From positions 79,484,001 to 79,548,000 of the forward strand of contig NC_042997.1 in assembly GCF_006345805.1 (NCBI RefSeq): a DNA stretch of 64,000 bases, in the 5' to 3' direction. The translations under genes were made by a program, and so were the position numbers. Under the pieces are notes generated by a model. It searched no databases, was not told the DNA's origin, and saw only the letters and a list, made by a program, of their open reading frames with translations. This document shows positions 1-12,099 of this stretch, piece by piece (the first letter of the stretch is position 1; each line of letters begins with the position of its first letter). This DNA comes from Octopus sinensis (Eukaryota).

Positions 1-210
1 ACAAAATACCAATTCATTTATATATCTCCTGCTCACAGTAAAGTATTCACGAGAAGTACACGATACTCATGTTACCATTTTCCCTGCTTTACAAGCAACC
101 TTACAAGCAACAATATTACTCATTGTGTCCCACCTACTTTTACTGGAAACAGAAAAGCAGACTTTCGAAAATAGGTGTTTGAATTTCTCGTCTTTGTCTC
201 TCCCCTCCCC

Positions 211-219
211 TCCATCTCA

Positions 220-252
<33 letters not shown>

Positions 253-320
253 ACACACACACGTGCACATACACACATGCACAATCACACACACACACAC
301 ATACACACACACACATTCAT
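211..320. repeat. (CT)n/(CA)n microsatellite
   Basis: Directly visible dinucleotide runs. Confidence 0.95.
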
Positions 321-441
321 CATGCGTTTGGAACAGCAACAACCTCAAACATGATTTTTTTCTTTTTTGTAATTTTCTGCAATTTTAACTTATTCTACAT
401 TCTGAAACATGTAACTCACATTAAAAGAAAAAGACTCTTAC

Positions 442-537
442 CTCACCCTTCACCCATTCATTGTACACAATGAAGGAAAAGTCAAACACCACAAGTGGAT
501 GTGTGAAATACGAAATTTGAATTTTGAAAACGTGTAT
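442..537 (-). other. Candidate 96-bp host exon (unverified)
   Basis: Minus strand has acceptor ctttatag| at 538-539 and strong donor GAG|gtaaga at 441-440. Phase 0 is open (IHVFKIQISYFTHPLVVFDFSFIVYNEWVKGE). No homology recognised. Confidence 0.2.
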
Positions 538-703
538 CTATAAAGCGATATTTTCAGTCATTTATTTATTGGTTTTGAGATTTAAATTTATTAATTTTCA
601 AAGATTTTAATTCTTGTGTATAAGGGGTCCACCGAACTTGAAGTACCTCGGGATCCCCATGGCTTAAATCCTGCCCTGTACAAATACATCCACCCTGCAT
701 ATA

Positions 704-2166
704 CACTGACATGACAGAAGTAAATAGACACCCCATAAAACACTGTTTTATGGTTGTAAAAGTTAAAATTTTTTTTATTAATTGACATTTTTATATTTCA
801 GGTTCTATATGTGACTGTTTAATCATGCCATGTACAAAAAAAGCTTTGGAACTGTCTGAATTTCAAAGAGGCCGTATTGTGGGTCATTCTGAAGAAGGAC
901 ATCGTCAGCATAAAATCACAGAAAACCTTGGGATCTCGCTTTCTACAGTTAATAGAGTGATTGTGCAATTCACCAGTGAGGAGAAGGAATCCATATCACA
1001 TTGCCCAGGTCAATCAGGGTCTTCTGAGAGTACCCTTCTCTTTGCTTAGAGAAGTGTGGAGGATAATCCTCGTTGAAAGGCTTCTGACATAGCAGAACAA
1101 GTTGATGTCAGTCTCAGAAGAGCTGTCAGGTATCTCCACAAATTTGGTTACTATGGTAGAGCAAGAAGGAAGCCACTTCGACCAGCCAACATCAAGCAGA
1201 GAAAAGATTGGGCCAGTGAGATGGTGGAGAGGCCACTAGCATTTTAGGACACTGTAATATTCTCTGATGAATCTAGATCAACCAGGGACCTCTGACAGGA
1301 TCCTTCGCTTTGTTAAGAGTGCGGAGGATAATTCTCACTGCAAGGCCTTTGAAATAGCAGAACAAGTTGATGTCAGTCCCAGAACTGCCGTCACATATCG
1401 CCACAATCTTGGCTAATACGGCAGAATAGCAAGAAGGAAGCCACTTCAATGACAAGTCAATTTCAAATGGGTCAGCGAGATGGTGGAGCAGGGCCACTAG
1501 CATTTTAGGACACTGTCATATTCTCTGATGAGTCCAGATCTGCTGTATTTCCTGATAGTAGTCGAGTGTGGTTCTGGTGACTCTGAGATCAAGAATTTGA
1601 TGTGAAAAGATTGCAGCCAACAGTGAAACACAACAGCCATTCTGCGATGGTCTGGGGAGTAATTTGGAGTGTGAGTGAAACATAAACTCAGATAAATATG
1701 GGTTCATATTGCAGAAAGGACTCCTTCCAATCTTCTCCAGTGGTGAAAGGATTAAAGAAGACTATTTATGGAAGATGGGGTTCCTTGTCACACGGCTGAA
1801 AGGACCTAAGATTTGTTGGAAGAGAATGACATTAAAAAGCTTCCATGAGAGAGCCAGTTACCAGATATGAACCCTCAGGGGCATAACGGACAGGACACTT
1901 CATAAAAAGAACAAGAAAACATCTTCAAAGCCAAATCTTTTGAGATTACTGCATGAAACTTTGTAAGAAATTGCGCAAGAGAATATTCGTCATCTGATCA
2001 GTAACATTTCTAATAGGGTCCTCGCATTGAAAAATGCAAAGGACATGTCTACTGAATATTAAATATTCGCATTATAAGAATTAATAAGCAATTTGACAGT
2101 ATAATTTCTGATTTAAATAAATTTTAATGATTATATGGGTGACTATTTACTTCTGTCATATCTGTG
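704..2166 (+). mobile_element. Tc1-family DNA transposon, degenerate, with TIRs and TA target duplication
   Basis: Left TIR CACTGACATGACAGAAGTAAATAGACACCC at 704 matches the reverse complement of the right end (CACAGATATGACAGAAGTAAATAGTCACCC). TA at 702-703 and 2167-2168. ORF 825-1049 is a Tc1 N-terminal HTH ([12 protein letters not shown]). IFSDES catalytic motif near 1258 and again near 1519. Confidence 0.9.
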
Positions 2167-2499
2167 TACATGTACACACCCGCACTCACAAGTCGAGACG
2201 CGTTCATTCATATATACAAGTACAGATCTATAAAGTATACATGGGTATATAGTTAAGAGGATATAAACGTACATACATTCTTCTGTGGGTATATAGACAA
2301 ATATATCCGTCAGTGCAATCCTAGCACGGGGGTTCACAGTGCATTGTGAGTTATGGTAGTAAGGGTGCTGCGTCTGCGGGGCTGTAGTGGTGAAGGTCGC
2401 TTTCTTAGCCTGTAAACAGCGTGCAATACGTTCGGTTAGTTTATTAATTACTCTTTCCTTAGTAAGAAGAATAGATAAGGATTCCTCCAAGTACAATCC

Positions 2500-2515
2500 A
2501 CACACACACGCACAT

Positions 2516-2548
<33 letters not shown>

Positions 2549-2600
2549 ACACACACACACACAGACAGACAAACATACAAACAGAAGTTTGTGTGTGTGT
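2500..2600. repeat. (CA)n microsatellite
   Basis: Directly visible; explains the overlapping HT/VC-rich ORFs. Confidence 0.95.
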
Positions 2601-2649
2601 AAGTGTATGTATCTATCTGCATATATAGGGATGCAGATATTGTTTGTTC

Positions 2650-4240
2650 ACTGTCACCAAGCATCTCAATTCTACAGTTGTAAGGCCTCGATGTCAACAA
2701 GGGTCACGGCCCTGACGGCATACACCCACGGGTTATCAAAGCGTTGGCTCCGGTCATCTGCGAGCCCTTAACGCGACTATTCAATATGTCATTGGCGATG
2801 GGTGTTATACCTGCAGACTGGAGAACAGCGATAATCTGCCCAATTTTCAAGAAAGGGAGCCGCGAAGACCCGCTTAACTACCGACCGGTTTCCCTTACAT
2901 CAATAATCAGCAAGATGTTCGAAACCATCCTTAAGAAAAGTATGATGCTCCACCTCCTAAACACAGCCTCTATCTCTGATTCCCAACACGGCTTCGTGCC
3001 GAAGAGATCATGCTTGACCAACTTACTAGTAATGGAAGAATTGGTGACGCGCATCCTCGATGATAGTGATGCTGTTGACATTGTTTTACTGGACTTTGCC
3101 AAAGCTTTTGACTCGGTAAACCACCGCCTATTACTTGTCAAGCTTCAGGCATATAGTTTCCATCCGGATATTGTACGATGGGTTGGTGCCTTCCTCTCAG
3201 ATCGCTCCTTCCAAGTCCAAGTTAATGGTTCGCGGTCCGACGTCTCCAGTGCGAGCAGTGGCGTGCCTCAAGGTTCAGTGCTTGGGCCCTTGTTGTTCTT
3301 AGTCTTCATAAATGACTTGCCCGACGACCTCACGCAACACACCCTTCTATTTGCCGACGATATCAAACTGGTCGCTCCTCGCGGTAATATAGAGGATCTT
3401 CGTCGATGCCTCCACCAAATTTGGAAGTGGTCTAACGATTGGGACCTGTGTCTGAACGTGTCAAAGTGCTGTCATCTGCCTGTCGGCTCTACTCCTGCAA
3501 CTCAACTTGATTTCGAGCCGGGTCGTCCGCTGCTGGAGAAGACCGATCAGGTAAAGGACCTAGGTATCTTGGTGGATTCCTCCTTTTCACCTTCGGCCCA
3601 GTGCGTCCATGCTGCCAACAAAGCACCCGGAATTCTGTGCTTGATTCGACGGTCATTCGGAATGCTCACAGCAGCCATATTCCTACCACTCTATGTCACG
3701 CTGGTGAGACCCATATTGGAGTATGGGATTCAAGCCTCTTCTCCTTATCTCCTCAAAGACATACAGCATCTCGAAAGAGTCCAGAAGCTGGCTACCCGCA
3801 TGGTTCATGGTCTCAAAAATTTGTCCTACGAAGAAAGGCTGAGGACGCTCGACCTTTATTCTCTTGAAAAACGCCGCCGCCGTAGTGATCTCATTCTCGC
3901 CCACAACATCATAAGCGGAAAGTGTAACCTCTCGAAAGAGCTGTTCTTCACTCCTGCTCCAGAGCGTCGGCTGCGGGGTCATTCCGAGAAGCTCTACCTG
4001 CGACGATTTCATCTCAAGCGAAGGAGAGGAGCTTTCTCCGTCCGGGTTGCGGATCCGTGGAACAAGCTGCCAGACGAGATGGTAAAGATGCCGACGACCG
4101 CTTTGTTCAAAACCTCCCTGGACCTCAAGTGGCCTGAACTCTTTACATGAACACCACCCTGTACTTAACTCCATGTCCCCCTACATGGCCTTGCTATTTG
4201 CTTTTGAGCCAAATTAACTAACTAACTAACTAACTAACTA
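2650..4240 (+). mobile_element. CR1/L2-group LINE, 5'-truncated, young
   Basis: Upstream of the ORF reads LDVNKGHGPDGIHPRV, followed by an uninterrupted RT. 3' UTR hairpin CCATGT-ccccct-ACATGG at 4171-4188. Terminal (AACT)n tail at ~4216-4240. Confidence 0.92.
2744..4150 (+). CDS. LINE ORF2 reverse transcriptase (C-terminal 468 aa)
   Basis: Motifs NYRPVSLTS, QHGF, LDFAKAFDSV, GVPQGSVLGPLLF, LFADDIKL, KDLGILVD, LVRPILEY, LEKRR. Confidence 0.92.
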   Translation: MAPVICEPLTRLFNMSLAMGVIPADWRTAIICPIFKKGSREDPLNYRPVSLTSIISKMFETILKKSMMLHLLNTASISDSQHGFVPKRSCLTNLLVMEELVTRILDDSDAVDIVLLDFAKAFDSVNHRLLLVKLQAYSFHPDIVRWVGAFLSDRSFQVQVNGSRSDVSSASSGVPQGSVLGPLLFLVFINDLPDDLTQHTLLFADDIKLVAPRGNIEDLRRCLHQIWKWSNDWDLCLNVSKCCHLPVGSTPATQLDFEPGRPLLEKTDQVKDLGILVDSSFSPSAQCVHAANKAPGILCLIRRSFGMLTAAIFLPLYVTLVRPILEYGIQASSPYLLKDIQHLERVQKLATRMVHGLKNLSYEERLRTLDLYSLEKRRRRSDLILAHNIISGKCNLSKELFFTPAPERRLRGHSEKLYLRRFHLKRRRGAFSVRVADPWNKLPDEMVKMPTTALFKTSLDLKWPELFT

Positions 4241-5357
4241 GCTTGTGATCGAGGTATGTTATTTTGTAAGGTACTATTTTCCCCTTGAATTTGTGATATC
4301 AGGGAAAAATAAGAAATTCTTCATATTTTGCATCTTTAGAAGTTTGACTTTACAGTTTGAATTGTCTATCCATTTGAAATATTGCAACAGCTAACAGTGA
4401 AATATAGAATTTAAAAAAGGCTTTTCCGACTGTTATCAAGTCTTTGAGAACATTGACGGTAATAATTTTTCAAAAATATATAATTTGAAATAGTTTGCTT
4501 TTGTTTTGGACTGAAAATCTTTTATATTTTAATGTTCTTGAATAAACTCCCTCGTATACACAAGCTGAGACAACTATACTTCACAGTTATTTTGAAATGC
4601 TTGTCTTCTGATATTTGCGAGTCCATTGAATAAATATTCAACTCTATTAAATATTGGCCTTCCTAAATATGAAATAATACGATAGCTCCAGCTCTAAATA
4701 AATTTAACTAGTACTTTTAAAGATGTTCTTTAGGATAATGTGAAATATTGAACTTCAGATAGAATAAAGTAAAATATAGCTTTGAATAAAAGGTGCGTAG
4801 ATTATGAATTTTAATTAAAGAGATGAAACTTTGAAACAAAAAGTTGCAGGGCGCCTCTAAAAGCCATGTGTCGGCCTTGGAGTAGCTAAGCAGGTTTGCA
4901 TAATGTTAAAAGATTAAAAAATTGTGAGTCGTATAAAATTAGTGTGGGCACATCAGAGTTGTTTTTTCTCCTTTGTTACAACTACTACTCGATCTAAACA
5001 TACTCAACACACCGCGCGCACACATACATACACACACGCGCACACGCACAGATGCGTCCTCAAACACATACGCATATATACGCGATCTATGAAAGCATGC
5101 TAATTGCAGATACTATTCATTTTCTTAATCATACCAGAAAAAAAAATTCATGTACTATCTTAATATTGGCTGGAATATAGTTTGGAATGTTAGATGACCT
5201 TTTTACAATAAGCATGTTATCTGAAACGATATTGTTGCTAAGCAACTAACAATTTACACTTTTAGTAACCGAAAAAAGACGTTCTTTAAAAGATAAAGGG
5301 GAATGTTTTGGAAAACGCTAAAAAGTATTCCAAAAACAATTAATATTGACTTCAAAT

Positions 5358-5561
5358 TTTTGGTGCAAGGCCAGCAATTTCGAAGATAGGGGTGTAAATC
5401 GATTACATCGTCGCCAGTGCTCAGCAGATACTTATTTTATCGATCCCAGAAGGATGAAAGGCAAAGCCAACCTCGGCGGAATTTGAATTCAGAACGTAAA
5501 GACGGTCGAAATCCCGCGAAGCATTTTGCCCGGAGTGTTAATGAGTCTGCCCGCTCACCAC
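5358..5561 (-). mobile_element. tRNA-derived SINE (octopus-type), diverged
   Basis: Contains family core atcgaYcccRgaaggatgaaaggcaaagYcRacctcggcggaatttgaa; homologous to the copy at 46012-46244. Confidence 0.85.
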
Positions 5562-5799
5562 TTGAAAAAAAAAATACTTAATATTATTTAGTGTTTGAAG
5601 GCGGTGAGCTGACACTGTTTCATGTGACCGTTCATCAGCAGTGTTATCACAAATAGATAGATTCATTGCAAATGTCTGATGAAGTCACTTGAAAATCTGG
5701 GTAAAAGCGCGTGAAGTTTTTTCAGCTTAAAAAAATACTTTGCTCTACTTTTGGAATTCGAGTAGTATTTTCCACCTTGTTTTGCACCTATGCATTTAC

Positions 5800-5813
5800 T
5801 TGTGTGTGTGTGT

Positions 5814-5850
<37 letters not shown>

Positions 5851-5990
5851 CGTGTGTGTGTGTGTGTGCGTGTATACATATATATATATATAGAGAGAGA
5901 GAGATACACACACACACACATATGTATACATATATAGTATTTGTTATGTATATTTTATTATGTATATGTGCACATGTGTATGTATGTATG

Positions 5991-6031
<41 letters not shown>

Positions 6032-6049
6032 TATATATATATAATATAT

Positions 6050-6105
<56 letters not shown>
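5800..6105. repeat. Compound (TG)n/(GA)n/(TA)n microsatellite
   Basis: Directly visible. Confidence 0.95.
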
Positions 6106-6107
<2 letters not shown>

Positions 6108-6299
6108 CTTTTATTTGTGTCATTCAATAGACTTAATTAGATTTATTTATTTTTACTCTATTTTTATTTTATTTTATTTATTCTAGATTTTATTTTAAAA
6201 TTTTTATATACCTTACCATTTAGTTAAATTTTTTTTTATATATTATCGATTTTACAGTAAGTAATAGATTGCCTAGAATGACTTCCACCTTCATTAGAT

Positions 6300-6800
6300 A
6301 TTAATAATAACTATATACACTTGAATAAAACTTTACATACTATTTTTCTGTTGCTTTAATATGGATGGACATAATATCGCAATATATGGCATTTATACCA
6401 ATGTATCTATCTGAGCTTTACTTTTTGCTACACACTAAAAGAATATGTTAATCTATTCTTACTTTACAGCTCCAATATACACTACCTTCCTTCCCTTTCT
6501 AAGGTCTATACCCTGTTTTATACTATGTTCTTTAGGTATAAATTTATCAGTTAACGGTTTGCAGCCATATACTCAAAATGCAGGAATTGAACACCTATTT
6601 TGTATATCTTAAACTACTTCTGACAAGATTCGACTTTCAAATAATTTAAAATTTTATTGATTAATTTTCTAAAGGCCTAGAATTGAAACAGCTGTAAGAG
6701 ATGTTGTCAATTTTTTTAATTAATGAATAATAATTTATTAATTATCTCTCTATTTTGTTATCTTATATATATAGTAGTACTAAAGAACATTAGATAACTG
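6300..6800 (-). pseudogene. Possible ancient CR1-type RT C-terminal relic
   Basis: Broken minus-strand fragments ILGL*KINQ*NFKLF and YKTGYRP..ILEL resemble the CR1 thumb region. Confidence 0.3.
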
Positions 6801-6905
6801 GACAACCCAGAATCAGATAATCTAATAGCTAGGTTTCGGTCTCTTCAAATACATTTGTTATCGTAAATTTGATTAGTCTTCTTCAGCTAGATTTACCTGG
6901 ACAAT

Positions 6906-6949
6906 ATGTGTGTGTGTGTGTGTAGGGGAAGTATCTATGCATGTATGTA

Positions 6950-7038
<89 letters not shown>

Positions 7039-7080
7039 GTGCGTGTGTGTGTGAATGTGTGTGTGTGTGAGTGTGCACGC
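6906..7080. repeat. (TG)n/(TA)n microsatellite
   Basis: Directly visible. Confidence 0.95.
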
Positions 7081-9594
7081 GCGTTGAGGTGCGTTGTCTC
7101 ATATATAGGGTGTAGTATTCATGATCGCAAGAAGGTGGTTTCGTTTTTCAGGCCGGCGGTGCGTTGCGTGCGTTATGTATGTTGCGTGCGTTGCCTGCGC
7201 TGTGTGCAAAACTCTTCATTTTATGTTGCTTCAGTTTACTCAGCTGTAGATGAGTAAATCTGCGTGAGACTGGCTTTCACTCGGCGGGTGTGTTGGCTTG
7301 TCTGCCTAGCCAGCAGGGTGGCATCATTCGAAAGCTTCGCCAATGCGAGAAAGCACATTGTAACTGATGCTGTATAACCTCATCCGATAGTCTAGTCAAA
7401 ATGATGATGCAGTGATACATATAATAATTTGCAATTTTATTACTGAGAACCCTTCCTTCTGACTTCGAACTTCTGTTGATCCGCGACAAATTTTCTCTCT
7501 TAATGAGCTTCCGGTAATACTTGATTTTCTATAAAACATATTACTTTCTAGAATGTCAGGAAACTACGCTGTGTTTTATATTTTTTATTGTTAAAGAAAC
7601 ATAGTTAAGCGTCAACTGTCTTCAGAAATTTTCTATACATTTCTCTGTTTATATATTTTTCTCTTAGGGTTATTCACCAACTCGGTATAGTTAACCAACT
7701 CTATTATTCTTTTTTGTATTTAATTAAAACATTCAACATGCTAATGAATTCGAAATATCTAAAAGTAATGAATGTCACTGGATAGGAAAGGAATGTGTGG
7801 GAAAAAAAGCCAATTGAAAAAAATAGCACGCAAATTATTTTACTATTCCAAACCTTATTAGATTTTCATTGCAATGATATTGTGCTTGTCACGTGTTGAC
7901 AAAATTTGCCCCACCCCAGCACATCACTCCCACAAGCACGTACACACAAAGAAAGATAAAGAGAGCGAGCGAGCGAGCGAGAGAGAAAGACGGACAGACA
8001 GATAGACAGACAAACTGACTGACAGACAGAGACAAACAGACAAACAGGCAGAGAAAGTTAATAGTTTAAAGAATCGACGAAAATCATAGAAATATTCACA
8101 CAATTTCAGAATTAATAAGTTTCACAATATGCAAAAATATTTAGTAACATTGTGAAGGATTTAAAAAAATAATTTTCGACATTCGTTTTGTGAAGTTAAC
8201 TATATGCTTAGTTTAAGGCTTTCTGTTAAAATGGAAATATATTTTAAGGAATCCAGTGATCTGGAGCGATCATTTTAGGATTTTTGACTAAATATTTGTT
8301 AAAATACCTTGCTCATAAAATAAAATGCCTCTTGAATATTTTAAAACTACATTATGTTTATCACAAGTTAATTCATTTAAATTTAGTAAAAGGCAGTTTT
8401 ATATATCAATATCTATTGATTCTATTAGATCAATTCGTTATATATAAATACTTTGTTGAAAATACCGGGCAGGCATCATATCGACCCAACAATTTCTTAA
8501 TCACACCACTTAAAACCTCTTGTAGTCTGCTCAATGTTGTCTATCGACCGAGCTAAACGAAATTTTCTCTCTCCTTCTTGGTGTCACACAACGAAACAAA
8601 TATTTTAGAGAATTATTAGAAAGTAAAAATCATACAAAACTTAGCCCTAGACAACTTAAAAGCATGCTTGACATTAAGATATTTTGCTATTATGTCAATT
8701 GTCTTTACAGATAAGACTGGCATGATATAGTGGTTTATTTTGTTCTACAGAATTCTCAGGCTTTACAAGATGTATGATATTTTGCGTAATAATTCAGGAA
8801 TTTGAAAGTTTTATGAAATTTTATAGCGATGTCTAGGTTAGAGACAGTATACAAAGCTAATAGTCACAGTTGGTCACATCTAGTTTTGTGAGATTTTCGG
8901 TTAAGTGTGAGAATGTGTTACAGCAATGTTATTAGATTACTGTGTCAACTACCTCCCCCTCTGCTTCCTCCTTTTCCGTTGTTGTTTTTATTTAAACCTA
9001 TATCAAATTTATTTAAACATTTTCTCAAAGGTATTTCAGTTATGACCACCCATTCTTTCGTATATCTAACACTATATCGACCGATATGTCATTCTATTTT
9101 GAAGACGTTAAGGTGTGGATTAAAGGAATTTAGCTGCTATTTCTAGCAGGTCAAGCGTGTTAGTTTGCTTTCTTTGTGTGCGGGGTTGGAATATTTTTGT
9201 TACAATTATTTACACGCTCTTTTTATCATTGATTTTATTCAGTATTATTATTATTTTCAGTATTATGTTTTCCCAAATCCTTATCAATCTTGATTAAGGC
9301 TTATGTGGTTTTATCTCATTGTTAAACATTGAGAAATGTTTTTATCATGATCAATTACACTGAAATTCATTCACTTATCCTGCCCTCTCTCACACACAGA
9401 GTGTTACACACAGCACATACACACACCACATAAAGACAGAATACAAACGTATTCACGGAAACACAGCATATACACTCACAGAACCCACAATATACATACT
9501 ACATACACATAAATACGCGTATACTTAAAAAACATCCAAATATGAGAGTACTTTTTAAGAAAAAGTATAGAGATAAGAAAATGAAGCATATAGT

Positions 9595-9816
9595 CAGGGC
9601 CAGTCCTAAGGTTAATGGCGCCCCAGACAGATGTATTTCAGCGCCGTTTGAAGTACAAGTTTTCCTTTGTATTTGAAAGAACTCAACACTGCGTACCTCA
9701 ACATGTATCGCCGTACTGTAATATGAAACAGTTCAATCCTAGCTTGTGGCGCCACCGCTTTTGTATGTGGTGCCCTGAGTGACTGCCCTTGTTGCAGGAA
9801 CCTTGGGCCGGTCCTG
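9595..9816. mobile_element. hAT-like MITE (222 bp)
   Basis: TIRs CAGGGCCAGTCCTAAGGTT versus reverse complement CAGGACCGGCCC-AAGGTT, with subterminal GGCGCC/GGTGCC motifs; TSD degenerate. Confidence 0.7.
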
Positions 9817-11934
9817 GATGTACCTTACATACAATATAGGTATCGCCTCCAGAAAGGTACAGCGTACCACAAAAGACATTAGCTATATAAAGACATTATT
9901 ACCACCTGCCTAAATTCCCTAATGCCACACCAATAGTCGTGTAAAACATGAGATTTTTTAACGCACTCCGTATTTATAATCGCATACATCACATTCATAC
10001 CTACTGAAAATTGCAAAATCTCAGAAATGGTCTGATAGGTAATATACACATATTCAGAAGTAAGAATTTTTTGATAAATAAGCCATCTCATTATCCCTCC
10101 TATCGAAGTTAGCGAACTGGTTGCGTAATGATAAAAAGGAAACACTAATGTCTACTGCTAGATACTTAGTGCGAAATTTCGTTTAACTAAACATTAATGA
10201 TCAATTTCCAACACTCGCAATGTTCTAGAAATTTCAGGGCGTTGCTGCTACACGCGCAGACAGCTTGTACGTTGAAATTTCGGGTCAACGTCGAAATACC
10301 CTACATCTTCTGAGAAAATATTGTTTATTTTATTTTATTTTTGTAGTCTATAAACACTAACATTCTATCCTGAAATTTATGAAGAATCTTTTCATTTTCT
10401 CTCTGTTCAGCCCAGTATTTATATTTGCCTTGTTCTCTTCGTTCTCTCATTTTTTTTTCTTCTTAAGTTTTCATTTCAAATAACTGCGAAGTTGGGGAAT
10501 TGGGGGCAGCTGTCCCCCTGTAGGTGATTTGACTTCAGATTGTGTACGTATTTGCATTTGATTGCTTATTATCTCTAATTTTCATTTACAGTCCATCTTC
10601 ATGACAAGACAATACTTGGAATTTCTAGATGACTGTGATTGAAAGGGAGACTTTTTCTACCTCCTCATTTACCACTTTTATGGCAAGTGTTATTACTAAT
10701 GATAAGATCAAGGATATTTCATTTTTGCGGGCCGTCCTCCGACTGGAGACTAGAGATGCTGTGATACTTGTAGCTTTAACAGCGTCACGGTTGTTTGCAT
10801 CGCAGACATGCTACTGTTATTGTGAGGAATACATTTCTTTGCTCCATATGCTCGAGCACCCATCTATGGGCCTTCTTGAATCGCTCGAGCATCGACTGTC
10901 ATCTCGTCTACACCTGTTTTCAGCATCAAGCTTACTATTTAATACTCTAGACCTGTTTGATATAGCTTACTACTTGCCACACACAGGAAAGGATCCACTA
11001 GCAATCTACCTTTGGAGGAACATTGAACGTTTCCTTGTCTCTTGGGAAGAAGTATATTACCACCCTGCTGCGTCACCTCTTCCCCGATTACGTGATGTGG
11101 CCCTTGGTGACGCACATTAACATTTGCTTTTTCTCCGAGATCTTCCCAGTCTCCGGTGATACTACCAACAGATACCATTGTTTAAATAATGCTTGTGTCA
11201 TTGCAACTGATGTCATTATTACTGTCATCATTGACCAAAGTGTCGTCTACTGTGTTATTGTTCATATTCATGTTATTGTTGAAGTCATTGTTTATTGTGT
11301 TATTGTTTCATACTGAGTGTTGTCACACTCTACATGTTTCAAAAAATCTTTATTCTTTATTTCTTCAAATAGGAATTCTTTTCTGTTGAGGGGGTGTTTT
11401 GTTAGTATTCTGTTGAGTGGGCCTTCTCCTGCTACCACAACAAAAATGCCATGTTTAACTTATTCTTTCATTGAATATTTTCTCGGCTAAAATTTGTACA
11501 AATTAAAGTAAAATCAGCACAATCTATTCTATCCCCGAATGAGGGAGAAAGATAAATATAAAATCAAACTTGAAGACTTGCAGAGGAGTATATTTTATAC
11601 TGCGGAGAAGAAAAGTCTAACATCTCGAAAAGAACCTTCAGGAGGCAGAGGTGTGTAGATGGGTGTTTACGAGTGTGAGTTGATAAATAGATTGGGAAGT
11701 TGTTAGAATGAGAGAAATTATTACAACAGTGAGAAATTATTATAACATATTATGAATGTGAGAGGCAGAGGGAAAGTAAGACGGAAAGAGTGGGGAATAA
11801 AAGGAAACTTTCTGATAGTGGATGGATTGAGGGATATTAGTGAAAGTGAGGCGAGAATTTAAAGAAATAACGGCAGATTTGAAAAACGTTAGTGAGGAGA
11901 TGCAAAGAAATGGGGGGAAAAGACAGACTTATGT

Positions 11935-12090
11935 AGCCACACACGCACACAACCACACACACACACATACACACACACACGCATACACGCATCCATGCAT
12001 ACACACGCGTACGCATACACATGCACATATACACACGCATGCACACGCACGCAAATACGCTCATGCTCATACACACATGTATACATAGCC
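11935..12090. repeat. (CA)n-rich microsatellite
   Basis: Directly visible. Confidence 0.9.
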
Positions 12091-12099
12091 AAGTATGTA

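Noticed and set aside
3683-4174. Antisense ORFs over LINE and mariner coding regions (also 25088-27699)
   Set aside because: Shadow frames of the real coding strand with no recognisable motifs
5663-7257. ORFs rich in YI/VC/HT/II/LL repeats here and throughout the track
   Set aside because: Translations of (TA)n, (TG)n, (AAT)n and (CTA)n microsatellites
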